Shown here one piece after another: positions 10,201 to 18,248 of a stretch of 64,000 nt of DNA; positions within the stretch are counted from its first letter, which is position 1; the number at the start of each line of letters is the position of its first letter. A model generated the notes under the pieces. That model saw nothing but the letters and a program-made list of their open reading frames with translations. It had not been told where the DNA came from and did no database searches. Both the position numbers and the translations under genes were made by a program. Source of the DNA: Ignavibacteriota bacterium (GTDB taxonomy: Bacteria > Bacteroidota > Ignavibacteria > UBA10030 > UBA6906); assembly GCA_963801355.1 (NCBI GenBank), contig CAWDEM010000008.1, positions 960,001 through 1,024,000 on the forward strand. The letters are read 5' to 3'.

Positions 10201-11239
10201 CGTTGCCGGCTTCCACGCTCTGCACGACTTCGTCGTCGTAACCGGTGTATTTGATTTTCAGCTGATTCTCGTATTCGAACGTGCGTTGCGTGTTCCAGTC
10301 GGCCAGAATGTTTAGTTTATCGCCGATCGTGCCGTTCACGTTCACCTGAACGTCCTGGCTGAAATCCGGTTCGTTGCGGCTCTGATCGAGACGGGAGATG
10401 GTTGTCTGGTCGGTTTGGGTGTTGCGGAATCCCGCCTTGATGTCCACCGCGCCGCTGATGCTCAGGTTGATCTCATTCTTTCCAAAAATGCTGAAGAGCG
10501 GGTTCGGGGGGACGGGAATGCTGATCTTGGTGATGTTGCTGAGCAGTTCACCGAGATCATCACGGGCAACGAGCGCCTTCGGCCGTCGCGCCTCGTCAGC
10601 CATGAGTTTCCGGAATTCATCTTTCTCCCTGAGCCGGATGTAATCGCTGAGCGGCAGTGTGAGGGGGAAACGGACATCCTGTCCCCCGACGCTTTCCCTG
10701 AAGCCGACCCTGGCGCCGGTTGAGTCGATGCTCACATCGCGCTTGTAGCCCGGTGCTTTCCGCGCGCCGAAGAGCGGATATGTTCGCCGGGGGAAGTATT
10801 CCACATGCAGGGGATCACGCCGGTAGTCGTTCCACTGGGCGATGCGTGCCGAGGAATCCAGGCAGACCACGTATGTCGTGTCGATTTTCATGGTCTGGGT
10901 CTTCAGGGAGTCGCGACGGAGGCTGTCGGCCAGCATGGTTGCGCGCAGACTGTCAGCAGCAGTGCGGTATTTGGTGGTGTCGGTTCTTGAAGTGTCCTGC
11001 TGCCCCGGAAACAGCGGTGGCAGTCTTTTCGTAGTATCCTGAAGCCCGGGGAGACCGGACGGCGGCGGAATCCCCTGTTGTTGCGGCGTGGGTGTCCCCG
11101 GTGGTTGCGGTGGGGCGTACGCAAACGCAAACACCGCGGCACTCAGTACCAGAACGGCGGCGCTGCCGAATGCTGTCCAGAAAGCCCGGGATTGAAGAGG
11201 CAAGAGATATGTGGCGTATTTTGGCCGCAAGGAGTTCAA
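4208..11239 (-). CDS. sprA: T9SS outer-membrane translocon SprA/Sov
   Basis: About 2340 aa. VNVNGTIGDKL, FEYENQLKIKYTGYDDE, VEAGNVSL, AYIDDFE, PDTEDLN, VWFNEMRL; beta-strand-rich C-terminus. Confidence 0.92.
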   Translation of the reverse strand: MNSLRPKYATYLLPLQSRAFWTAFGSAAVLVLSAAVFAFAYAPPQPPGTPTPQQQGIPPPSGLPGLQDTTKRLPPLFPGQQDTSRTDTTKYRTAADSLRATMLADSLRRDSLKTQTMKIDTTYVVCLDSSARIAQWNDYRRDPLHVEYFPRRTYPLFGARKAPGYKRDVSIDSTGARVGFRESVGGQDVRFPLTLPLSDYIRLREKDEFRKLMADEARRPKALVARDDLGELLSNITKISIPVPPNPLFSIFGKNEINLSISGAVDIKAGFRNTQTDQTTISRLDQSRNEPDFSQDVQVNVNGTIGDKLNILADWNTQRTFEYENQLKIKYTGYDDEVVQSVEAGNVSLQTPSSFIGSSQALFGAKAKFQMGPLTLTALASQKKGQIKEVAVSGGAKEQTFEMRAYEYATNHFFVDVSYAARYADYYLNEPPLVNSDGQIVEEEVWVQRQGGIPDPNERQGIAFITLPAIGGGYPEALRGTVDDPGKIETGPFIKLDRSQYELDGDGYLGVVSLNASVGDQQIVAIAYRNAAGVQTGEFARDLGTDSTALSRRLILKMLKPKNLVSNGRSYAVAWNQMLKNIYPIQGIGRNAKKEGFTLDIVRRIPGGEDQNSILNEPLLRVFGVDKYNADDTPAPNGDGQFDYRSGRTVNQARAEIIFPVLRPFDDGVKAYFAEKGNVLADTSEFLYPEVYDTTVTFAQQALRNRYLIKGKATGEATSRYSLGFNVVEGSVQVLLDGRALTPNIDYTVDYIIGEVVIKNDRALVPGANLQIKYEQNDLFQLASKTLLGARGDLAISQNLNFGFTIMNLNQQTLSDKVRLGEEPNNNTIMGIDGAATFDLPFLTRALDALPIFQTREASQLKVSGEAAYMSPDPNTKKSTIPSDNGEGIAYIDDFEAARRAIPVGISYAAWSLSSPLGDNFHWGTLPDTTKALSRGRMVWFNRIPTDVPLTEIYPRKKPGNAANDQATVLDFRYYPSLRGQYNYSTDIENTLTPFRNWGALMKPLSVSAINLSKENVNFIEIWMRVDRAPPGTKMIIDMGAISEDAIPNRSLNSEDLVLSSYPNGVLQEGEDIGIDMLNDDQERARYAAMVAKYPAMQGDPSGDDYYYTNATVGTPAEDFSHINGTENNKDGPSGRIPDTEDLNANGVPDLANSYFEYELLLDTVRANNPRIVGGGGQKEDGSYSKWYQFRIPVREYERQVGTPSQENIEFIRVAFVNATDTIAVRIADFSLVGNQWQKLARDAGDSLFDVTVVSIEDNPEYNPPPGVTQERDRTRPEEEVYANEQSLALKLEGLPPGQSRQAVKFYTYRALDLFNYKTLKMFVHGDPTFRYISATEYDAEIFFRFGLDSLNYYEYRAPVRPGWDPANDVVIQFENITAAKQARDSVGKLSDPIPVPGGPPGSTYRVLGNPSLTQIVYLSVGVTNANPRRGRDDPAGKVPGKLLVGQVWFNEMRLTSVDDTPGWAYRFDTQLKLADIGAVSFNYSRVDPNFHTLEARFGSRQLSTNWGLNTSFQLEKLLSDDWVGTSIPISYSHTEGKMTPRYKPNSDVLVSAAAEQRKNRVLQNGGTEQEAQAAADKEILESETMRKTDTYAAPSFRINVPSNAWYIRDTFNKLTFGFSYTRSTEHSPALVDRTTWSWNARLAYALTFPSDYYVQPFKSLFDGVWFLEEYKDIKIYYSPTTFNWAFNAMRSRDRSLQRTVGAQEIISRNFSASRQAGFSWKFTEGGMINPSGDYSVSVESSLLNLELDQFKQQRSFSQIMGDIFFGDHLIDFGEDTRYSQRNSFVSKPNIPNIFNIKRFLDIQASYGVDYSWQNTLTRGDLGKSAGYNANINLSLNFRMKQLFDPLFETKPAATTAPPAPSRGRRGSGENQEQTGTTDTTKVADSTATGGGLDKLLGQLGSLARIFIKIPLLDYDNVNVSFTQTNSSQNSGVVGSAGFVNFWGRLPFIQDADIKYGPSRLYQLGLISDPSGRLVNFGGRPKFPWFGWDVEPGLRAPGGVLVNSFRQNNRLTFKTSRALWEGARLDLNWNVGWAYNRTDNLQTDSLGVPTLLNTTTSGSVDRSFLTLPDFLFLSSFKTSLKDVSKRYAELKSDLSDTKTDEEKLNQAFIEGFEALPILRKVFGDFAPRVNWSFRWDGLEKIPFFSSFVTRMSLDHAYNSNYTRQYQNRPGGGGERTDGQRVMYGFSPIVGMNFTFKELWKGSFGANVRINSTTSYDLTTSSRNIVEAFSRELSITSSYSRRGFEIPFFGLALNNDIDISFSYSVTKNSRLTYDVSKLDINIQGTPLEGTTRTVMEPRIKYVLSQRVTASVYFRYTSIEPDDSGSRIPGSKTNEAGLDIHISIQ

Positions 11240-11347
11240 TTCGATTCTCGCAAGGTTCGCACACCCGGACTACCGGCAGCACCGCCCTCGCGCACACCTC
11301 GTATCAAACGAAATCGATATTGGACTCCTTCAGTGATGCAGTGCCGA

Positions 11348-11376
11348 ATAATAGCCAAAAGGATTGAAAAACGCAA
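11348..11376 (-). promoter_or_regulatory. Putative sigma70 promoter for the sprA operon
   Basis: Minus strand TTGCGT-N17-TATTAT. Confidence 0.55.
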
Positions 11377-11381
11377 GCAGT

Positions 11382-11410
11382 TTGGAAAATCCCCTCCCCT
11401 CCGCTATATT
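11382..11410 (+). promoter_or_regulatory. Putative sigma70 promoter for lptFG
   Basis: TTGGAA-N17-TATATT, ending 8 nt before ATG 11419. Confidence 0.5.
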
Positions 11411-11418
11411 ACGTGGCC

Positions 11419-12813
11419 ATGATCCTTTACCGGTACATCCTCCGTGCCCACCTGGGTCCCTTCATCTTCTCGCTGGGGACCCTGATGTTTATTTTCCTCC
11501 TCCAGTTCGTCATGAAGTTCATTGACCAGCTGGTAGGCAAAGGGCTGACGGCTTGGGTGATCATGGAATTAGTGGCCCTTAACCTGGCCTGGATGCTGGT
11601 CCTTGCCGTTCCAATGTCCGTGCTGGTCTCCACGCTGATGGCATTCGGCGACCTTTCCTCGCGAAATGAGATTACCGCCATGAAAGCCGGCGGTGTCAGC
11701 ATTTACCGTATGATGCTGCCGGTGCTCCTTGCCGGAATCGTCGTAGGCGGGATCATGGTATGGTTCAACAACCATGTGCTCCCCGAATCCAACCATCGAC
11801 TGAAGGTGCTCACGACCGACATCCGGAGGAAGAAGCCGACCATCGCCCTTGTCAACGGCGTGTTTTCACAGGACATCCCGGGCTACAGCCTTCTAGTTCG
11901 AAAGGCTTCCGAGACCGGGAATGACCTTGAAGGCGTGACGTTGTACGACTATACTGACCCGTCGACGAACATCGTGATCACGGCCGAACGGGGGAGCATT
12001 GCGTTTTCGCCGGACTACCGCAAGATACTGTTGTTTCTCGAGCGCGGAGAGATCCATGAGCTGAATCTGCAACAAATGAACAGCTACCGGACGATCCGCT
12101 TCACCCGTCATCGCATTGCGATGGACGTTGAAGGGTTTGATTTCGAACGCTCCCAGACCTCAGCCTTCTCGCGTGGCGACCGGGAAATGGGAGCCCGCGA
12201 GATGCTGGTCGTGGTGGACAGCCTCCAGCGGGAGCGAGGTGTCGTGATGCAGCATCTTGCGGAGATCACCGCAAGCGAAATGACGACACTGGCTGACGGC
12301 CGTTGGCGTGGTGCGCTGCCGGGCGGGGGGACTCCCGGTGGCGGTGACCCTCAGACGGCATTGATACGGGCACGATCGCTCAGCGCTGCCGTCACGACCG
12401 ACCTTTTCCGGGTCGAGGCACTCGAGCGGCAGATCGACCAGTATTGGGTGGAGATTCACAAGAAATACTCCATCCCGGCGGCATGCATCGTGTTCGTCCT
12501 TGTCGGACTTCCGCTCGGCGTCATGGCACGCCGGGGAGGGTTCGGCATTGCCGCATCATTGAGTCTCGGGTTCTTTGTCATATACTGGGCGTCTCTGATC
12601 GGTGGGGAGAAGCTCGCCGACCGGGCGATCCTTTCCCCGTTCTGGGGAATGTGGATCGCAAACATCATACTCGGGGCGGTGGGCGTCTACCTCACCTATC
12701 GTGTGGGGCGAGAGGCATTGCTGATCGACTGGAGCATTTTCAGCCGTCTTGTGCCGCGCAAATGGCGCACCTCGCTTCCCGATGAAGCGCAAACCGGTGC
12801 CGTGGTCAGATGA
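11419..12813 (+). CDS. lptF: LptF/LptG (YjgP/YjgQ) family permease
   Basis: ILYRYIL, SSRNEITAMKAGGVS, EIHKKYSIPAAC, 3+3 TM layout. An alternative GTG start lies at 11413. Confidence 0.85.
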   Translation: MILYRYILRAHLGPFIFSLGTLMFIFLLQFVMKFIDQLVGKGLTAWVIMELVALNLAWMLVLAVPMSVLVSTLMAFGDLSSRNEITAMKAGGVSIYRMMLPVLLAGIVVGGIMVWFNNHVLPESNHRLKVLTTDIRRKKPTIALVNGVFSQDIPGYSLLVRKASETGNDLEGVTLYDYTDPSTNIVITAERGSIAFSPDYRKILLFLERGEIHELNLQQMNSYRTIRFTRHRIAMDVEGFDFERSQTSAFSRGDREMGAREMLVVVDSLQRERGVVMQHLAEITASEMTTLADGRWRGALPGGGTPGGGDPQTALIRARSLSAAVTTDLFRVEALERQIDQYWVEIHKKYSIPAACIVFVLVGLPLGVMARRGGFGIAASLSLGFFVIYWASLIGGEKLADRAILSPFWGMWIANIILGAVGVYLTYRVGREALLIDWSIFSRLVPRKWRTSLPDEAQTGAVVR

Positions 12814-13895
12814 AACTCATTGACCGCTATATCATCCGCCAATTCCTGTCGACCGCGGCCTTTTCCCTCCTGGCCGTGCTTGTGGTCTTCATCGTCATCG
12901 ATTCGATGGAGAAACTCGACGACTTCATCGACCGTCAGGCGTCGTGGGACATCATTTTGCTTTATTATTTCTATTTCGTACCGGAAATCATCAAGCTGAT
13001 TATTCCGGTCGCCATGCTCCTTGCCAGCCTCTTCGTCACAGCCCGCCTTTCCACGCAGAGCGAGTGGACCGCTCTGAAATCAAGCGGCGTGAGCCTGTAC
13101 CGGTTGATGGTGCCCTTCCTGGTAGTGGCATTCACGATCAGCCTGCTCTCGGTGTATTTCAACGGGTGGGTCGTGCCATTCGCCAACAAGAAGAAGTACA
13201 CGATCGGGCGGGTCTATCTGCACAAAGACGTGGTCAGTGCATCGGGTGCGAATATTTATATCCAGGATACGCCGACGAGAATCCTCTCACTCGGCTATTT
13301 CGACGACACACGAAACCTCGCGTCGCGGGTGAGCATCCAGGACTTCGACGTGGCTGACCGCACCGTGTTGCTGACGCGCGTGGACGCGTCGACAATGGTC
13401 TGGGATTCCACGCAGCAGCAGTGGCTTCTGCAGAACGGCACCCGCCGGTGGTTCACCACCGGGCAGGAGCGGATGGAGTCTTTCGTGACACAACCTGCCG
13501 GTCCGCTCCACTTCAATCCTGAGGAGCTGCGCAAGAAGCAGGAAAAGCCCGACGAAATGAGTTACTACGATTTGAAGGATTTCATCCGGAACCAGCAACG
13601 AGCGGGGCAGGATGTCTCGCGCTGGCTGGTCGACTTCTATAGCAAGATCTCTTACCCCTTTGCCACGGTCATTGTCGTGTTGTTCGGTGTGCCGTTTGCA
13701 TCCATCCGCCGTCGGGGCGGCATTGGCGTGCAATTGGGGGTGTCGCTGCTGATCTGCTTCGTGTACCTGATCTTCATGAAAGTCAGCGAAGTATTCGGGG
13801 ACAACGGTGACATTCCCCCGTTGCTGACCGCCTGGTCTGCAAATATCATCTTCTTTGCAGCGGCGGTGGTCGTGACGCTGAGGGTGCAGAAGTAG
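12810..13895 (+). CDS. lptG: LptF/LptG family permease
   Basis: MKLIDRYI, SEWTALKSSGVSLYR, KPDEMSY, PLLTAW. ATGA overlap with lptF. Confidence 0.88.
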   Translation: MKLIDRYIIRQFLSTAAFSLLAVLVVFIVIDSMEKLDDFIDRQASWDIILLYYFYFVPEIIKLIIPVAMLLASLFVTARLSTQSEWTALKSSGVSLYRLMVPFLVVAFTISLLSVYFNGWVVPFANKKKYTIGRVYLHKDVVSASGANIYIQDTPTRILSLGYFDDTRNLASRVSIQDFDVADRTVLLTRVDASTMVWDSTQQQWLLQNGTRRWFTTGQERMESFVTQPAGPLHFNPEELRKKQEKPDEMSYYDLKDFIRNQQRAGQDVSRWLVDFYSKISYPFATVIVVLFGVPFASIRRRGGIGVQLGVSLLICFVYLIFMKVSEVFGDNGDIPPLLTAWSANIIFFAAAVVVTLRVQK

Positions 13896-14029
13896 TGGGG
13901 TCAGACCCGAACCAATTGTCAATAGTCAATGGACTTTTGACTATCATCAATCGGTTGGGGTCAGATCCGAACCAATTGTCAATAGTCAATGGACTATTGA
14001 CTATCATCAATCGGTTGGGGTCAGATCCC
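13896..14029. repeat. 60-bp tandem repeat (about 2.2 copies) with REP-like GGGGTCAGACCC core and internal hairpin
   Basis: Unit tggggtcagacccgaaccaattgtcaatagtcaatggacttttgactatcatcaatcggt repeats at 13896 and 13956, with a partial copy at 14016. Lies between convergent genes. Confidence 0.92.
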
Positions 14030-14905
14030 TACCTTGACTTGTACCATCCCCATCCACGCATAATGATCTCCAACCGGCATGAGTCGCATGCTGGCGGACG
14101 CTTGCGCGCGATTGTAACGGATGGCCGACCAGGCTGCATCGCCAGCGGCAAGGAGATGGTTCACTAGAGCCACGGTGATCCAGCTCGTCGCCGTGGTGTA
14201 GTATGAGTTTGCCTTCCCCCGTTCCCCGGAATACCAGAGGAAACTCGGCGTCAGGGGATCTCCGTACGCAAACGTCGGCGGAGCATCATCCCATCCCTGG
14301 TTGAACTGAGGATATTTGCCGATCAGCTCGTAGTACTGCTGTTCGTTGTACGCAGGCAGCGTATGCGAATAGTAGCCGGCGATATCCCGCTCCATCCGGT
14401 TGATCTCGTCCCAGTTCACCTGCGTCCACGGACGGTCAAAGGGATCCATACCCTCGGTGCCGGGTTTGCGCCAGTTATAGACTTTCCCGGGCGCGGTGAG
14501 CGTCTGCGCATATTCGGCGTACTTCACCACACTCCAGTGCTTGTTGGCGAAGTCCTGGAATAAATCCGTCTGCCTGTCCCCCTTCTTGTCATACTGATAC
14601 GCCGCGATCCATGCGAGGGCATCCACAGCAACGAAGAGTGCCGCCTCCCAATAGCTTTCCGTATAGATCTGTCCCGAGCCCGGTACGAGGGCCGACATGC
14701 CCGCAGCCAGCCAGGGAGATCGTCTGGAGGGCAATGCCAGCGGGGCTTGATCCTGACGGAGGTCAGGGGCATCCGCGAGGCGCTGGAGTCCGAATAGATC
14801 CACGCGCAGATTTCCTGTCATCGCTGGGGGATGTTGTTTCTCTTCGGCCCAGAGCGTCCCTGCGGAGATGAGGAGTGCACAGCCGATGACACGCAAATGA
14901 CTCAT
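14021..14905 (-). CDS. Hypothetical exported/outer-membrane protein
   Basis: Signal peptide, SPWLAAGMSALVPGSGQIY motif, C-terminal beta-strand. Last gene of the porU-porV run. Confidence 0.7.
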   Translation of the reverse strand: MSHLRVIGCALLISAGTLWAEEKQHPPAMTGNLRVDLFGLQRLADAPDLRQDQAPLALPSRRSPWLAAGMSALVPGSGQIYTESYWEAALFVAVDALAWIAAYQYDKKGDRQTDLFQDFANKHWSVVKYAEYAQTLTAPGKVYNWRKPGTEGMDPFDRPWTQVNWDEINRMERDIAGYYSHTLPAYNEQQYYELIGKYPQFNQGWDDAPPTFAYGDPLTPSFLWYSGERGKANSYYTTATSWITVALVNHLLAAGDAAWSAIRYNRAQASASMRLMPVGDHYAWMGMVQVKVGI

Positions 14906-14917
14906 CCTGACTTTCTC

Positions 14918-17900
14918 CTAATCAAAGTCGAAGCCGAACAGAATGCCGAAGTAGAAGCGCCATTCTCTGCCGTATGTTACGGTCTGGTCGCGGCTCCGGA
15001 TATAATGGTCAAACCGGTTGAACCCGTACGCCGCGTTGAAGAAGATGCGAGTCGGGTACATGTAGTATGAAAACGATTCCAGGCGCAACTCCACGCCGGC
15101 ATCGGTCTTGAAATCCTTCAGGCGGGGAGACGAGGCCGTCCATGCATTGCCCGCGTCGGCGTATATCGAGGCATAGAGTTTGTCAAAATAGAGCTGGGCC
15201 ACACGCACATCGATGTTATGTACGAGCGGGAAGCGGTATTCCAATCCGGCCGAAGCCATCTCGTTGCCGCCGAGGGCATAGAACGGATATCCCTTCATCC
15301 CGATCAGTCCGCCCGCGTAGAAATCAAAGAACTCATCCACCTCCGGCCCCAGGATTGAGCCGCCGCGCAGTTTGAGTGTCAGTGTGTGGTTCTTGAAAAA
15401 GAACGGCATGTACTCCTTCCACTGCGCGTCGATCCGGGTGAAGTTCACGTTCTTGTACACGGGCGTCAGGCCGGTGGATGTGACTTCATATTCGCCGTCG
15501 CCGTTGAATTTGTTTAACTCGCGGTCGATCCTGAGACGGATGCGCCGCCCCATCGGATTGATGTCCTGCGTCCGCGCGGGGACGATCGCGTCGACGAGCA
15601 TAGTCAGGGAAAGATCGTTCGCAATGAGATAGAGGTCGCTCGAGCTGCCGATCAATTGCGGCGGCGGGTCCTGCGTGAAGAACGATCCGATGCTTGACGT
15701 ATACCGGCTGTGCGCCCAGCGGAACTCCGCATCGACGAACTGAGAGAAGACCGGTTGCCGCAGGGCAAGGTCGAACTCCAGCAGGTTGTACCCCACGTCG
15801 ACAGGTATGGAGTAGGCGGGAAGGCTGATGACATTGTCGGTCTTGCGTGTGATATTGTAAATCTCAGCGGTGGCCGTCGGTTCGAAGCCAAGCTCATAGA
15901 GCAGCGGTATGCGTCCGCGGTAGGTGAACTGGAAGAAGATATCCCTCTCCATCTGCCGGTTGATCGTTGCCCCCGCGAAGAAGCCGGTCTTGTCCAGCAC
16001 GTCATTCGAAAACGCGTAGACCCCCGCTTTGATGACGTCAATCCCCTTGCTCTTCGGATTGTAGTTATCCACCCTGATCACGGGGACGAACATCGTGCTG
16101 CCGAAGATGGCCTTGTGCGGCTTCTTGTCCAGCGGCGCGAGCTGCAGATCGTCGTAGTTCTGCAGACGGGACAGCGCGGCACCTCCGTTCAGCGGTGCAC
16201 CGGCGAGCGCGGCCTGCGGGGATTTCCCCGTGGGCACGGTGGAAAGCCATCTGATATGCCGGGCGGTCGGCAGGCAACGCCTGAGGCCGGTCGAGGGAGT
16301 AGATCTTGTATCCGCCGGATGTGTACGCTGCATACGTCAGAGTCCCGCCCGCGCTCATGGTCGGATAGAACGCGCCGCCGAGAACGTTCGTCAGCTGGCT
16401 GATTTCGCGCGTGGAGAGGTCGTACGCGTAGATGTTGAAGATGCCCGTACGGTCAGAGCTAAACACAATCTTTGCGTTGCCCTCTGCGAACCGTGCCGCG
16501 CGTGAATCGTCACCGCCCGTGATCAGGAACTCCAGGTCCGTGCCGTCGGGTCTGACCCACGCGATGTCCCGCCCGTCGCGTACGGAGTAGTCGAAGAGGA
16601 TACGTTTTCCGTCCGGGCTCCAGCAGGGGTTGTACACCTGTTCGCCGTTGCTGTATGGAGTCACCCGCCGGATTCCCGAACCGTCGAGGTTTGCGACCGC
16701 GAGATTGGATGTTCCGTCATGGTTCGTCACGAACACGATCTGTGTGCCGTCCGGAGACACGGAGGGATTAATTGCGCGCGCTCCGGTGGTGACCCGGCGT
16801 TCATCTTCCGACTTCAGGTCGTATTCAAAAATGTCAAACTGGAACGACCAGTGCGGGTTGTCTCTGGTTGCACGGCCGTAGTAGAGTTTCGTTCCGTCGG
16901 GCGACCAGGCTGGAGCGGTGCGGACGCCGAACTTCAGCTGTTTCTCTTCCTTCGTGGCGACATCGTACACGTACAGCGAGGAAAGCGCAAAGTAGTCGCC
17001 GTTCTTCGCGCTGGTATAGGCGAGCATCGTGCCGTCGGGAGAGTAGACCGGATAGAGGTTGGCAAACCCGAGTGTCGCCGGCACAGGCTGCATCGGCGCG
17101 AACTCCCTGGGATGGAGCATGCCTTCCAGTTTCTGCTCCTCGCCTGCCGCGGATGTCGAGGATTCTTCCTTCACATCAAGCTGATGCCCCTGCTGCAGTT
17201 CCCCCTTAAGGGGGCCCACACGCGCGGCATAGTCGCGGATCACGGCCGCCTGCCATTCGTCGTAGACCTGTTTTCCGTCTTTCCCAATGGCGCGTTCTAT
17301 CGCCCCATCGATCGTCATGGCGCTGAATGAGGAAAGATTCCGGGAGATCTCCAGGAGTTTCTCCGCACCATATGTCTGTGCAATGTAGCCGACGAATGCA
17401 AAGCCTGCATTGTACGAGGATTCGTTCCCCAGGCTCGTTTTCCCGAACACCCCCATCTGCTCCCACGACAGCATGTTTCCATCGAGCGCATAGGACCGGA
17501 GGATCATGTCGCGATGCGAGTCCCAGAAATCGTATGCAAGATGCGGATGATTGTACTGTGCGACTCCCTCGGCAAACCAGGCGGGCACGACGAATCCGGA
17601 GAACGGGTACGACGCGACAACGTTGGGGTAACCGTACAACACGTCCACACGGCGCTCGGCCTCATAGTTCAACCACTGGAGATAGAACGATGGCATCCGC
17701 CTGCCGAACTTCATGGTTGTCTGGATTTGGATAATGTGCGTGAACTCATGTGTGATGACGTTCCGGAGCCAGTTATGTGTCCCGCGCAGCTCAAAATCCA
17801 TGCTCGGCGCGAAGATGTCGATCTTGTTGTCGTAGAAATACGCCGCACCGTTGGAAATGTCATCGTAATCTTTGATGATCAGCGAGACTTTCTGATCCGG

Positions 17901-18248
17901 CTTGTGGTTGTAGAACGTCGTGATGGGTTCGAAGATCTCTTCCGCAATTTTGGAAACCACCCGTGCGGTCCGCTCGGCACCTTCATGGTAGTGCACGAGG
18001 AAATGTTCGCTTTCGATGGTGCTCCAGCTGAGTTCCGGATGCGGGAAGTCTTCCTGTGCAGAGGCAGGGGCGAAGGCAAGCAAGAGGGAGATGAAGATGG
18101 CGAGGACATGTACATTCGCATGTGGGATTGCGTCGCCAGAAGAGGGCTCGCAATGACTGGGCACACCCGTATGCAAGGGTGAGATTGCGTCGCCGGAAGA
18201 AGGCTCGCAATGACAGAAGGCCAGTGTCCTTGTCATTCGTGGCTTCAT
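14918..18248 (-). CDS. Metallopeptidase (MA-like HExxH) + PD40/TolB beta-propeller + Omp85/BamA-like barrel protein, split by one frameshift near 16245
   Basis: THEFTH...WFAEGVA, repeated WSPDG motifs, barrel with GGLIGMKGY loop and FYFGILFGFDFD C-terminus. ORFs 16065..18248 and 14918..16333 join by removing one base near ggaaagcc. Confidence 0.75.
18126..18214. repeat. Two copies of a palindromic GTCATTGCGAG...GCAATC element, 57 bp apart
   Basis: gattgcgtcgccagaagagggctcgcaatgac (18126-18157) and gattgcgtcgccggaagaaggctcgcaatgac (18183-18214). Confidence 0.88.

Noticed and set aside
13896-14029. Possible mini-CRISPR, or the 90-aa ORF 13895..14167
   Set aside because: The would-be spacers are near-identical, and the ORF is just the translated repeat overlapping a real gene on the other strand.
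16200-16260. Programmed ribosomal frameshift in the Omp85-like gene
   Set aside because: No convincing slippery heptamer or stimulator; a single extra base in a short homopolymer explains it, as elsewhere in the window.
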